Of a stretch of 58,217 nt of DNA, positions 18,951-28,905 are shown piece after piece. Every line of letters begins with the position of its first letter. Position 1 is the first letter of the stretch. The DNA is from a virus. Lineage: Duplodnaviria > Caudoviricetes. The stretch is taken from positions 1 through 58,217 of the IMG/VR virus record IMGVR_UViG_3300048558_000101. One strand, written 5' to 3'. The translations under genes and the position numbers were made by a program. Below the pieces are notes generated by a model. It searched no databases and was not told where the DNA came from. It was given only the letters and a program-made list of their open reading frames with translations.

Positions 18951-19667
18951 CTATTTTCTCTTTTTGCTGAAGAACTCTTTGACTGCATCAAGTGGCGCAT
19001 CCTTGAGGAAGTCGCGCACATCGTCTTTCACTTCGCCAAGCGCGTCGGTGGTCTGAGCCAGACGAATCGGCTTAGCCTTTTTCTGAGGCCCCTTCTTGGG
19101 GAACCCGGCCATCGCGCAAGCGGTTGTCCATTTGCCAGTGCGCTTAATCAGTTTAGATGTGTCAATGCCTGCCGCCTGTGCCTCGGCAAGCGTTGGCGCG
19201 CGACGGAGCTTAATGGCCAGCTTGCGCACCTCCGCAACCCGCTCCTCAGTTGTTCTGTACCGCCCGCCACCGCCCAGAGCCTTCTTAGCTTCTTCCTCCG
19301 TAGCGCCGCATACTTGCACCAGCACCTGCCACCAGTGTTTGCACAAGGCCCTGCGCATCACCGTCTCAACGTTGTGTTTCCCCTGCTGGCGGTATTCGAC
19401 TGCTGTAGGCAGCCTGCCAAGCTCGCGCTGCAATCGGCGCACGTCTTCCAGTATTACTGTTGTTGTTGGGCGCGGAGTTGGCCCCTGATAGCGATAGAGC
19501 AGGCCAGCAGCTTTGATTGCGTTTGGCCAGGAGCCAAAGCGATTGCGCGGCAGACTGTGGCCATACTTGCCGTGTTCGCGGTAATCGGTCTGCGTCGGCT
19601 GCCTGCCAAGTTTTTTGGCCAGCAGTCGAATATCTTCCAGAAGCTCGTCGTCTGTTGCCCAGGCCAA
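18951..19667 (-). CDS. Homing-endonuclease-associated repeat protein (three repeats, no nuclease domain)
   Basis: Three copies of LEDxRxLxxxLGRxPTxxxY...W...AG. Confidence 0.8.
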   Translation of the reverse strand: MAWATDDELLEDIRLLAKKLGRQPTQTDYREHGKYGHSLPRNRFGSWPNAIKAAGLLYRYQGPTPRPTTTVILEDVRRLQRELGRLPTAVEYRQQGKHNVETVMRRALCKHWWQVLVQVCGATEEEAKKALGGGGRYRTTEERVAEVRKLAIKLRRAPTLAEAQAAGIDTSKLIKRTGKWTTACAMAGFPKKGPQKKAKPIRLAQTTDALGEVKDDVRDFLKDAPLDAVKEFFSKKRK

Positions 19668-19798
19668 GCTAGTTACCTCTTTCCTGAATTGTGATGATCC
19701 ATTGCCATCCGCTCTGCTCAGCCGACCGGGGATGCGGCAGGCTAATTATGCGGACACATCCCACAAAATAACACGCCCACGCTGTCTATGCTGCCCGC

Positions 19799-20347
19799 GT
19801 GCAGATCAGGATTACCCAACTTCGCCAAGTAATGCCCGCGCTCCCACTCCATAGAGCTGAGCAACTCATTGATCCACTCAACCAAGCATTACAAGAATTC
19901 GAAATCAACACACCAGCTCGCGCCGCCGCCTTCCTTGCGCAGATCGCGCACGAATCAGGCGCACTGAAATTCTTCGCTGAAATCTGGGGGCCAACCGCCG
20001 CCCAGAAGCGATACGAAGGCCGCGCCGATCTTGGCAACACGCAGCCTGGTGATGGCAAGCGATTCAAAGGACGCGGGCCAATCCAGATCACCGGGCGCGC
20101 CAATTACAGCAAATACGCCAAGCTGCTGAATCTGCCATTGGTTGACCAACCCGAGCTACTTGAGCAGCCAGAAGCGGGTTTTCGTGCCGCCGCCGCGTTC
20201 TGGAAGAACAACGGCCTGAATGAACTTGCGGATCAAAACACGTCTGCGGCATTCCTGAAGATCACACGAAAAATCAACGGCGGAACGAACGGCCTTCCCG
20301 AACGGCAGCGGTATTGGGCGCTCGCGAAGCGCGCTCTGACGGCCTGA
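19799..20347 (+). CDS. GH19 endolysin
   Basis: FLAQIAHESG, YEGRADLGN, FKGRGPIQITGRANY, INGGTNG. Confidence 0.92.
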   Translation: MQIRITQLRQVMPALPLHRAEQLIDPLNQALQEFEINTPARAAAFLAQIAHESGALKFFAEIWGPTAAQKRYEGRADLGNTQPGDGKRFKGRGPIQITGRANYSKYAKLLNLPLVDQPELLEQPEAGFRAAAAFWKNNGLNELADQNTSAAFLKITRKINGGTNGLPERQRYWALAKRALTA

Positions 20348-20500
20348 GTGCGAGATATACATCATCCCACGAAAGCTCTTAACGGTGATCAAATCCCAGC
20401 CAAAAAAATAACGCAGAGACTTTTTACACAATCCGCCCGCTGAAGCATTTGGAAAATTATTTTTTGACCGCATCCCACTCCCCCAAAGAGATGGCGATGA

Positions 20501-20821
20501 ATGCAGGGAGTGAACTGGGTTGAGATCGTCGGGAAGTTTGGTCTGCCTAGCGCGGTGCTATTAGGCATTGCCGCCGTGCTGTACAGGCAGGTAACGCCGT
20601 TTCTGATCAAGCATTTTGAGAGCAGTCAGGCGCTGCTGAAAGAGCAGTTGCTGAAAACAGAAGAGTCCCGACGGCAAGAACAAAAAGAATTCATGGCCGC
20701 GATGGAACGGCGGGATCAGATGGCGGCTGAAGTCGGACGGCAACAGGCCCAGGCAATGAACGCGATGGCGCAGGAGATTCGGTCTTTAACTGACAAAGTG
20801 AACCACAGAGGTAGCAGGTGA
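20501..20821 (+). CDS. Putative holin or membrane protein
   Basis: One N-terminal TM plus coiled coil; next to the endolysin. Confidence 0.6.
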   Translation: MQGVNWVEIVGKFGLPSAVLLGIAAVLYRQVTPFLIKHFESSQALLKEQLLKTEESRRQEQKEFMAAMERRDQMAAEVGRQQAQAMNAMAQEIRSLTDKVNHRGSR

Positions 20822-21141
20822 TTTTTCTTTACAACCTTTGGATTGCTGTAGCGGCCATCACGGCCATCTCTGCGCTTGTCGCGGCGATATGGTTTTTCAA
20901 GCAGCGCGAACGGTTGTGGTGGTTTGTTGCGATGCTGCCGCTGGCCATTTTTTTCAATTCCGCACGAACAGCACTGTTCCTGGGGATGGGTAATTCGCTG
21001 CGCGCTCCAAATGTAGTGGCGATAGTCACTGGACTGATCCTGCACTTGTTTCAAGCTGCTTCCGTGATTTCGTTGAAGCTTTACCTGTATGGCTACTTCC
21101 AGCGGAAGCGAAACAGCAAAGATTATCCAGCGGAGCAGTAG
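20818..21141 (+). CDS. Three-TM membrane protein, possible holin
   Basis: Three hydrophobic helices and a basic C-terminus; GTGA overlap. Confidence 0.6.
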   Translation: MIFLYNLWIAVAAITAISALVAAIWFFKQRERLWWFVAMLPLAIFFNSARTALFLGMGNSLRAPNVVAIVTGLILHLFQAASVISLKLYLYGYFQRKRNSKDYPAEQ

Positions 21142-21184
21142 TGAATTTATCCGTTCCAACTGCTCCGCATTTTCTATTTCACCA

Positions 21185-21553
21185 ATGCTCCTATTCCGAT
21201 GGATCAAATCTTTATGGCACCCATTGCCCAGGCCACTCCAGGAACTGGCCGAAACGCATAAAGCGATTCTAAATGCGCAAAGCCGCGCCAATCGGGAGAA
21301 GGCCGCCGCCGACAAGAAGATCGCCGATCATGAACTGGCTGAGCTGAAAGCCGAACTGGCAATCACCTGGCACAGAGAAGCCATACGCATGTGTTGGGAG
21401 CAGTTAGACATCACCGCAAACTCGCGCACCAGCCTGATCAAAAATTTGCGCGAAGACGAAGAGAAAATAATCAGGCAGCTCAGGACTCCACCCGCAGATA
21501 CGGAAACGCGCATTCAGCAAGCTGAAGCTCTGTTGATGGAGACCGAACAATGA
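21185..21553 (+). CDS. Hypothetical coiled-coil protein
   Basis: ORF coupled to the next gene; start uncertain. Confidence 0.55.
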   Translation: MLLFRWIKSLWHPLPRPLQELAETHKAILNAQSRANREKAAADKKIADHELAELKAELAITWHREAIRMCWEQLDITANSRTSLIKNLREDEEKIIRQLRTPPADTETRIQQAEALLMETEQ

Positions 21554-22701
21554 ACAGGACCCTCAAAAGCCAAATCGTACTTTTGATAGCGGCGCTCGCG
21601 ATTGCCTGTATGGGAATCGTGGCGGCCAATGCACAGGACGCACCGTTGAATGGCCTGATTCGCACTGACCTTGATCAGGAGCGCATCGCCGAAATTTGCG
21701 CGCGCGTCTATGCGGCTCGCATCGCCCGCGCCGAAGCTGAGCGCGTGCTGGATTACCGCCAGCGGTCAGTGTTTGGTGAGATGCTGCGGCGCGCCGGCGT
21801 GCAGGACGCGACAATGTCCTGTTCATTGCGTCAGATCGGCACGGTCAACAGCGGGAGCGGCGTAGCAGTCTCTTATAACTGGTCAGACGGCAATCAGGCC
21901 GTCAGGTACATCGTGACTCGCGCCGGGATTTCATTCACCTATCCTGGCAATGCCCGCGTCCATAGCGAGGTTTCGGGTTGCTCATTCTCTGCCGCCTTCA
22001 CTGTGCGCGGCGAATACAGCGATGGATCAACCTGCATACTCAACAGCACCGGCGAAGCGCCCCATACCGCGCCATGTTCAGACCGCAACACCGCCTATCA
22101 GGCCGTCGCGGTCAGTTCGGCAAGCTACAACGACATTCTTGCGCCCGGCGGCATCGTGACGATCTTCGCCAACAATATGACAAGCCAGACGGCCACGGCG
22201 TCCTCATTGCCTCTGCCGTCGCAGTTGGGTGGCGTGAAAGTGTACGTGTTCAAGAACACGCCTCTTGAGCAGGAATGCGGAATCTTCTTCGCCTCACCGA
22301 AACAGGTCAACGTGCTTCTGCCACCCAACATGCCTGCTGGCGGACTCGGTACCATCGCGGTCGTGAACGTCGGGGAAGATTCCCTGCGCCCAACCTGGTA
22401 CGTGCTGAATCGCAACTCGCCCGGAATCTTCACAACTTCTGACGATGGCCACGGCCCAGCCAAGGGCTATTGGGTGCGGGACTACCTTGTGCTGTTCGGC
22501 GAGGGTTTCAACGGCGCGCAGGCCGGGTTCGTGCTGACGGGCGGCGCTCGTTATCCATCGTCATTCGTGGGACTGCAAGGTCAGTTCGCCGGTCTCTATC
22601 AGGCCAACACCAAAGGCGTGCCGCGCAATGCGCAGTTACAGTTCTGCACAAACGTCAACGATGACGCCAGGTGCAGCCAAGTCCATACAACGCCGCCATA
22701 A
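21550..22701 (+). CDS. Secreted protein with TIGR03437-like Acidobacteria C-terminal domain
   Basis: Signal peptide; LAPGGIVTIF, SLPLPSQLGGVKV, FFASPKQVN, PGIFT, GLYQ. Confidence 0.75.
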   Translation: MNRTLKSQIVLLIAALAIACMGIVAANAQDAPLNGLIRTDLDQERIAEICARVYAARIARAEAERVLDYRQRSVFGEMLRRAGVQDATMSCSLRQIGTVNSGSGVAVSYNWSDGNQAVRYIVTRAGISFTYPGNARVHSEVSGCSFSAAFTVRGEYSDGSTCILNSTGEAPHTAPCSDRNTAYQAVAVSSASYNDILAPGGIVTIFANNMTSQTATASSLPLPSQLGGVKVYVFKNTPLEQECGIFFASPKQVNVLLPPNMPAGGLGTIAVVNVGEDSLRPTWYVLNRNSPGIFTTSDDGHGPAKGYWVRDYLVLFGEGFNGAQAGFVLTGGARYPSSFVGLQGQFAGLYQANTKGVPRNAQLQFCTNVNDDARCSQVHTTPP

Positions 22702-22882
22702 ATTCAACAGGAGTGGTGTGGGGCGCTGATACCAGCACGGCTTGCGATAAACCAGCGGATTAGAAGTTCGGCGCGGCAGTGAGCCGAGGGCCGGGAACGC
22801 ACTGCAATTACTGAGAACCAATAGCGAACCGAGGGAAACAAGGAACGTCGGGCCATTACCATCACGGCAAGCGAGGCCAGCA

Positions 22883-23386
22883 ATGACCACCATTTCATTC
22901 AGCATCACTTCAGAAAACTCGGGCGAAGCGGCTAACGCTTTCCTGATCGTCTTTCAACACCGCCAATGGCTGCAAGAGCAGTTCAACGGCATCACCTTAC
23001 AACTTCAATCACTCCAAAGGGGGCAAGAAACCATTATGTCGAAAGCAGATGAACTCAGAGCGGCGCAAGCCGACACTTCGCGCGAAGTCGGTCAAATCGT
23101 GGAATTCATCAACACCAAGCAAAAAAGCCTGGATGAAGCATTGAAGACCATTGAAGACCTTAGAACTCAAGACGTGTCTGACGCAGAGCTGCGAGATGCG
23201 GTTGATGAACTGTTGCCGAAGATGCGCTCAGACGTGGACACGCTCAACCAGTTCACGCCTGAAACGACAGGCGACGGTGGCGCAACCGGCGGCACCGGTA
23301 CTGGCAGTGACACCGGCACTGTCGGAACTGGTACGGGTGACACTGGTACCGGCACGGGCGATCTGCCCGCTGAAGTTATTCAGTAA
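22883..23386 (+). CDS. Coiled-coil protein with Gly/Thr-rich tail
   Basis: ORF; GTGTGD-type C-terminal repeats. Confidence 0.65.
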   Translation: MTTISFSITSENSGEAANAFLIVFQHRQWLQEQFNGITLQLQSLQRGQETIMSKADELRAAQADTSREVGQIVEFINTKQKSLDEALKTIEDLRTQDVSDAELRDAVDELLPKMRSDVDTLNQFTPETTGDGGATGGTGTGSDTGTVGTGTGDTGTGTGDLPAEVIQ

Positions 23387-23595
23387 TGACCGATCAACAG
23401 CAACAACAGGCGTTCGCGACGGCGCAGCAGCTCCAAGCAGGGCTGCGCGCCATCGCTACGTCTGGTGTTCACACCGTTGAAGACCTCAAAGCCAGAATTG
23501 CAGACTTGGAGATCGTCGCAACCAATCTGGTGGACGATCTCAGGCCAACGCCAAGCCTGGACACTGAACAACTACCAGGAGACGCATGGACGTGA
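23386..23595 (+). CDS. Small hypothetical protein
   Basis: TAATG coupling with the previous gene. Confidence 0.6.
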   Translation: MTDQQQQQAFATAQQLQAGLRAIATSGVHTVEDLKARIADLEIVATNLVDDLRPTPSLDTEQLPGDAWT

Positions 23596-23684
23596 CCGTT
23601 CTCACTCTCTTCGGCTTCGTTATCTCGCTCATTGGCTGCGTGCTGTGTATCGCGCGCGCCGTGAACGTTCAAAGAGGAATTTAG
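23586..23684 (+). CDS. 32-aa single-TM peptide, not in the ORF track
   Basis: AGGAGA RBS; MDVTVLTLFGFVISLIGCVLCIARAVNVQRGI. Confidence 0.55.
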   Translation: MDVTVLTLFGFVISLIGCVLCIARAVNVQRGI

Positions 23685-23686
23685 CT

Positions 23687-24163
23687 ATGGCAACAAAACA
23701 AGCAACTGCGGCTTCTCGAAAGCCCGCCGAATCATTCGCGCAGGCCATCGCGGCCACGCCTATCGCGAGTGCCGAACCCGCGCCCATTCCGAGCAAGACG
23801 CTCAAGATCATGGAGAACCTGACTCCGTGGCTGGACACCTCAAGCACGATTCTCTCAGGCCTTGACGCCAACGACATCGGGCCGGACGACTTTGCGGCGT
23901 ATCTGTTGGATTACGCCAGCCAGGTGCTGACTTCTGTACTGACTGGCGATGACATTCCTGCTCTGCCTGATGCCCTCGCCGCCGGCGTCACTGGCAAACT
24001 ATCTGATGGGCTGCGCTACAGCTTGATGGGCGCAAGCGCAGGCGTTGCATTGTTACAGATGCAGTTGGCTTTTTCGCACCCCAAGGCGGCGATAGCTTTG
24101 AAATACATCAACCAATCAATCAAGGCGCTGGTAGCAGGCCGTCCCGTCGCTACCATTGCCTGA
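23687..24163 (+). CDS. Hypothetical protein
   Basis: GAGGA RBS before MATKQ. Confidence 0.65.
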   Translation: MATKQATAASRKPAESFAQAIAATPIASAEPAPIPSKTLKIMENLTPWLDTSSTILSGLDANDIGPDDFAAYLLDYASQVLTSVLTGDDIPALPDALAAGVTGKLSDGLRYSLMGASAGVALLQMQLAFSHPKAAIALKYINQSIKALVAGRPVATIA

Positions 24164-24253
24164 CAGGGTTCTGGCCGTCGCTTTTTCCGCAAAGCTCGGG
24201 GGCGGTGTTTTTGGGAATCAGTGGCGGCCAGAATTGAATTACCGAAGGTAGTG

Positions 24254-25225
24254 ATGTCAAACAAACCTCTTATTGGGCTATCTGCCAATCCTGCCGCAAG
24301 CGAGCCATACACGCCCGAGACAGTGCGGGCGCGTTTCGATCAATCCATCGGGGCGGGTGTGACGTTCATCTACTTTGCGCCGAAATGGAGCGAATTGGAG
24401 CCGTCGCCAGGACAGTACAACTTCAGCGAACTGGATGCGCATTTGGCGCGCGCGCGCTCAGCTTCTATTCCGCTGTGCTTAAACCTGCGCGTGATTGATA
24501 CCAACCAGCGATCAATGCCAGCCGACTTGCAGGCACTGGACTTCACTGACCCCAATGTGATTGAGAGGCTCACTGTCCTGATTACGGCCATCGCGCCGCG
24601 CCTTGAAGATGATGTGTGGTGGGTGATGATCGGCAACGAAGTGAGTTCCTATTTCGAGTCGCGCCAAAGCGAGATAGACGCCTACCGCGTGCTGTTCTAC
24701 TTCGCGGCCTACAGGTTCAAGGAGTTAATCCCAGGCATCCAGACCAGCGTCAACATAACCTATGACGGACTGACCCACGCTCAAGGGTTTCTTAAGCCGT
24801 TGCTCGACAGTTGCGACTTCCTCTCGCTCAACTATTACCCGCTGAAACCTGATTTCACCTATCGCAATCCGAGCGTCGTTGGTGTGGAAATAGGCCGGAT
24901 GGTGGCGGCAGCGAAAGGAAAAAAGGCTCTGTTACAAGAAGTTGGCTACAGCAGTTCCGAGTTGAATGGCAGTTCGCAAATCAAGCAATCCAACTTCGTG
25001 CGGAACGTGCTTGCAGCACTGAAGGCAAGGCCCGCAAGTTTCCTGGGTGCAAACTTCTTTCTGATGTCTGACCTGTCCGACACCTTGGTTGAACAGTTCG
25101 CGCAGTATTACAGCCTGCCCGACGTTGCCAGGTTCAAGGCATACCTGAAGACGCTTGGGATGTTTGATGACCAAGGTCAGCCGAAACTCAGTTGGCAGAC
25201 GTTCCAACGCAACTCGCGAATGTAA
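24254..25225 (+). CDS. Clan GH-A TIM-barrel glycoside hydrolase
   Basis: WSELEPSPGQYNF, GNEV acid/base, LNYYP, QEVGYSS nucleophile. Confidence 0.8.
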   Translation: MSNKPLIGLSANPAASEPYTPETVRARFDQSIGAGVTFIYFAPKWSELEPSPGQYNFSELDAHLARARSASIPLCLNLRVIDTNQRSMPADLQALDFTDPNVIERLTVLITAIAPRLEDDVWWVMIGNEVSSYFESRQSEIDAYRVLFYFAAYRFKELIPGIQTSVNITYDGLTHAQGFLKPLLDSCDFLSLNYYPLKPDFTYRNPSVVGVEIGRMVAAAKGKKALLQEVGYSSSELNGSSQIKQSNFVRNVLAALKARPASFLGANFFLMSDLSDTLVEQFAQYYSLPDVARFKAYLKTLGMFDDQGQPKLSWQTFQRNSRM

Positions 25226-26289
25226 TGAAGGCGTTCCCAATTCCACAATCCGGGCCTTGGCTGGCGTTCGATGCGCTGTGGTTCGCTACGCATCAGCGCG
25301 GTTTGCTGTGGCTGTTAAACGCGCAGGTGGTGCGGGTATGGTTTCGATGGATTCTGCGGATTCACAAAGATGTTCCTGCGGCATGCTTGATCAATCAGAT
25401 AACACCGCACTCAGTCACGTTCGCGCGACGGCTGATCTTTGACAGGTGGATGCAGGCGCAATGGCAAATGAGATCGTCGTTCCGGGTGCATCCGAAATTC
25501 AGCAAGCGCGTTTACTTAGCGTTCCGCCCGCTATGGTGGACACTGCATTTTTGGGATTGGCTCATTGCCGACCGCTTCATTCCGCAATGGAGCTTTGGCT
25601 TCCTATCATTGACCGTCTACCCGGCGGCAGGCGCGGCCAGCCCGGTTGACGGGATCGTGCAGCGCGCGGTGGCGCAGGAACTTTTCTCTTCGATTCGCGG
25701 TGGCGCGGGCACTGGTACGGAAGTAACAAGCGGCTATCTCTATCCTACGCTTTCGGCTGGGTCTGCCACAGATCAGTTCACGGCGCTCATTCGCGCCATC
25801 GCCTGTTTTGACACGTCGGTGATGGGAACCGGCGCGGGTATCTCTGCCGCTACTTTTAGCATGGTTGCAGTAACGTCCTCGAACGGACTTGGGGGCGATA
25901 ACTTCCACGTCTGCGGCGCGACGCCAGCTTCTACCGGTAACCTTGTCACGGGCGACTACAGCCAGCTCGGCAATACGTCGTTCGGCAGCGTGACCTACGC
26001 CTCGCTGTCGGCGTTCGCCTACTCAGTCTGGGCGTTGGACTCAAACGGGATCGCGAACATTGACCCAGCAGGAATTTCGAAATTCGGAGTAAGGCTGGGC
26101 TGGGACATCAACAACAGTTTTACCGGAACGTGGTCAAACGGCGCAGTCACGTATTGCTACTTTCAATCGGCGGATGCGAGCGGGACGGCTGGCGACCCCA
26201 AGCTTGACCTGACCTATACGGCAGGGTTGACCGAGACCTATCCGGCTGGTTACCGCACCAACCGGCAATCAACAATTACCAGGATGTAA
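25225..26289 (+). CDS. Virion-associated beta-rich protein with Trp-rich N-terminus
   Basis: FDTS...ISAATFS...PKLDLTY beta-sandwich pattern; TAATG coupling. Confidence 0.6.
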   Translation: MKAFPIPQSGPWLAFDALWFATHQRGLLWLLNAQVVRVWFRWILRIHKDVPAACLINQITPHSVTFARRLIFDRWMQAQWQMRSSFRVHPKFSKRVYLAFRPLWWTLHFWDWLIADRFIPQWSFGFLSLTVYPAAGAASPVDGIVQRAVAQELFSSIRGGAGTGTEVTSGYLYPTLSAGSATDQFTALIRAIACFDTSVMGTGAGISAATFSMVAVTSSNGLGGDNFHVCGATPASTGNLVTGDYSQLGNTSFGSVTYASLSAFAYSVWALDSNGIANIDPAGISKFGVRLGWDINNSFTGTWSNGAVTYCYFQSADASGTAGDPKLDLTYTAGLTETYPAGYRTNRQSTITRM

Positions 26290-26298
26290 GGAGAGAAA

Positions 26299-26775
26299 AT
26301 GGCCGGACTGATGCAGGCGTATGAATACTACGGTGAAATGCCTTCAACCTCGATCTCGGCGGCCAAAACGTTGTTCCAGATCAAGGCGGGGAATGCCGCA
26401 CTTGATATTGTCGAGATCATTCTTTCCCAGATTACCAAGACGACCGGCGAACTGCTGGAAATTCAACTTTTGCGGAAGTCTGCCGCAGCGACTGTGACCA
26501 GTTTTACGCCGCTCAAGATGAACCCCAACGACCCGGCATCGTTGGCCGCTGGCGGCACATCAGCCACCGGTTACAACGCCTCTGCCGAAGGCACGAACAC
26601 CGATATTTTGCGCAAGGAACATTGGAACGTCATCAACGGCGTGTGGCAATACCTGCCTGTGCCTGAAGACCGCATTCGCGTGCCGCAGGCGGGAATCTTT
26701 GGCGTCAAACTCAACACCGCGCCGGCGGCCGCAATGACGATGATCCTTTCAATCAAATGGCTGGAATGTATCTGA
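26299..26775 (+). CDS. Putative virion structural beta-sandwich protein
   Basis: AGGAG RBS; Ala/Thr/Gly-rich beta composition. Confidence 0.6.
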   Translation: MAGLMQAYEYYGEMPSTSISAAKTLFQIKAGNAALDIVEIILSQITKTTGELLEIQLLRKSAAATVTSFTPLKMNPNDPASLAAGGTSATGYNASAEGTNTDILRKEHWNVINGVWQYLPVPEDRIRVPQAGIFGVKLNTAPAAAMTMILSIKWLECI

Positions 26776-26784
26776 CGGTACTAA

Positions 26785-28902
26785 ATGGGTGTTTACCGCA
26801 ATCAAACCAGCGGGGCAAGGCCGAAGAGGCCTTCTGCTGCCATTATTAACCCGCCTGCGCCGCAAACTATGGCGGTGGACGGTGCCGTCGCGCCATCAGG
26901 CCAGGCGCTTAAGAGCGGAAGCAAGATCGCGTCAGGCGCGATGAACGCCGCGGGGGCGCTGGCAAAACAGATTAGCCGCGCTTTTGTCGGTACCGTCACC
27001 ACCGCCGCCCTGCTGCTCAAGGCGGCCCAAAAGGCCGCATCCGGCGTTCTCACTCCGTCCGCCACGATCCTGACGCTACGGACATACTTTCGTGCCCTGT
27101 CAGGTACCCTGATGCCTGTCGGGGCGCTGGCCAAGTCGCTCGCCCGCGTACTGTCGGGCGCGGTGACGTCCGTCGGGACTGCCGCTAAACAACATGGCAA
27201 GGCGGCATCTGGCAACATTACGCCATCGGCAACACTCGCGACCCTAAGAAGCTATTTCCGGTCGTTGGTCGGCGCTCTCACGCCGTCAGGGGCGCTCACG
27301 CGCGCCATATCCAAACTGCTGAGTGGCTCACTGACGTCAGCCGGATCGCTGGCCAAGTTCGCCGCCCGCCTGCTTTCCAGCGGCATTACGCCAGCAGGCG
27401 CTACGACAAAGCTCGCGGCAAAAATCGCCAGTGGTGCCACCACACCGTCTGCCACAATAGCCGCGATCAAGATATTCGTCCGGTCTCTGGTCGGTTCGAT
27501 CACGCCAACGGGCGGCCTGGTGCGGTCTGCGCTCAAATCTCTGACCAGCGCCGTTACTGCCGTCGGGGCGGTTGTGCGGGCGTCGGCGCGCTCGCTCACT
27601 GGCACCATAACGCCTGGTGGCTTGCTGGCCAAGCAGGCAGTCAAGCCCGCCGCTGGCTCGCTAACGCAATCCGCAACCATCGCAGCAATCAGTACCTATC
27701 TGCGGGCGCTGGCCGGGACCATCACGCCCACAGGCGCAATCGCGCGCGCCATCACCTATGCCAAGTCCTTGGTCAGTGCTGTGACGCCAGCCGGATCACT
27801 GGCCAAGTCTGCCGCCCGCTTTCTGGCCGGAACTGTAACCAGCGCAGGCGCGATCGCGCGCGGTCAGTTCCGGGCATTTGTCGGCGCTCTCACGCCATCA
27901 GGCAACCTGCTCCGTAGTTTAAGCAAATCTCTCGCGGGTGCGGTCACGTCGGCCGGTTCCATAGCTAGGCAGGTACGGAAACTGGCCGCAGGTGCATTCA
28001 CCCCGATGGGCGCGCTTCAGATTTTGGGAGGTCTGGTGCTGGTGCTGGCCGGGAGCGTGATGCCGTCAGGCGCGGTAATGCGTGTCACGTCCAAAGGGCT
28101 GGCGGCCTTGCTGGCTCTGGCGGGAACGACGCTTAAACAGGCAGTGAAGTCGCTGTTGGGATCTTCCGCGCCAAACGGCGCGCTGCTGCCTGTCAGGACA
28201 ATCGTGCGGCTCTTGTCCGGCGTTATCGCCCCAGCCGGATCGTTGGCCAAGCTCGCCTACAGACTGCTGAGCAGTACCGTTGCGGCGGCTGGCGTGCTGC
28301 TCAAGAGTTCGGCTCGCACGCTGTCTGGCTCAATCACTTCAGCCGGGGCATATGCCAAAGCAGTCGCGAAGTCTGCCGCATGCCTGCTGTCAGTATCGGG
28401 GGTGATGCAGGTGTTAAGCGGGCTTTCGCTGATCCTGTCCGGAACCATCATCCCTACAGGTGCGGCCACGCGCCAGGCGTCTCGTTTCCTTTCTGGTGCG
28501 GCAACGCTGGCGGGTACGACGGTGCGAGCGGCGGCCAAGAGCATGGTCAGCACGGTCTTGCCTGACGGCGCCATCACAACGCTGAAAATAATTTTCCGCG
28601 CTCTGCTAGGTTCGATCACCCCGTCAGGCAGTCGCGCACGCACAGTTCAAAAATTTATTGCAGGTTTCGCAGGCTTGTCGGGCGGTCTGGCCAAATCGGT
28701 CAGACGGTTTTTTGCAGGAATCATTTCAGGGGTCGGCGCGTTTGTCGGCCATCTGGTCAGCGGTTCAACGCAGCAGATCAGCGTCACGGTTAGCGAAAGT
28801 GCCTTGACGCGGGCCACTGCCGCAGAGGCCGAGCTTGTGACCGTCAACGCGGGCTGCGCGGCAGTCATGGTGGTCACGATCAACGAAGCGATAGGGGGAT
28901 AA
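26785..28902 (+). CDS. Repetitive fibre-like protein (about 34 repeats of 18/20 aa)
   Basis: Recurrent GxxTPxGxLxK/RxxxK/RxLx unit across about 620 aa. Confidence 0.75.
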   Translation: MGVYRNQTSGARPKRPSAAIINPPAPQTMAVDGAVAPSGQALKSGSKIASGAMNAAGALAKQISRAFVGTVTTAALLLKAAQKAASGVLTPSATILTLRTYFRALSGTLMPVGALAKSLARVLSGAVTSVGTAAKQHGKAASGNITPSATLATLRSYFRSLVGALTPSGALTRAISKLLSGSLTSAGSLAKFAARLLSSGITPAGATTKLAAKIASGATTPSATIAAIKIFVRSLVGSITPTGGLVRSALKSLTSAVTAVGAVVRASARSLTGTITPGGLLAKQAVKPAAGSLTQSATIAAISTYLRALAGTITPTGAIARAITYAKSLVSAVTPAGSLAKSAARFLAGTVTSAGAIARGQFRAFVGALTPSGNLLRSLSKSLAGAVTSAGSIARQVRKLAAGAFTPMGALQILGGLVLVLAGSVMPSGAVMRVTSKGLAALLALAGTTLKQAVKSLLGSSAPNGALLPVRTIVRLLSGVIAPAGSLAKLAYRLLSSTVAAAGVLLKSSARTLSGSITSAGAYAKAVAKSAACLLSVSGVMQVLSGLSLILSGTIIPTGAATRQASRFLSGAATLAGTTVRAAAKSMVSTVLPDGAITTLKIIFRALLGSITPSGSRARTVQKFIAGFAGLSGGLAKSVRRFFAGIISGVGAFVGHLVSGSTQQISVTVSESALTRATAAEAELVTVNAGCAAVMVVTINEAIGG

Positions 28903-28905
28903 ACG

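Noticed and set aside
18888-19694. 268-aa plus-strand ORF
   Set aside because: It is the antisense shadow of the motif-bearing HNH-repeat gene
24254-25225. Glycoside hydrolase as evidence of host chromosome or a metabolic auxiliary gene
   Set aside because: It is translationally coupled to virion-type genes, so a structural or depolymerase role is simpler
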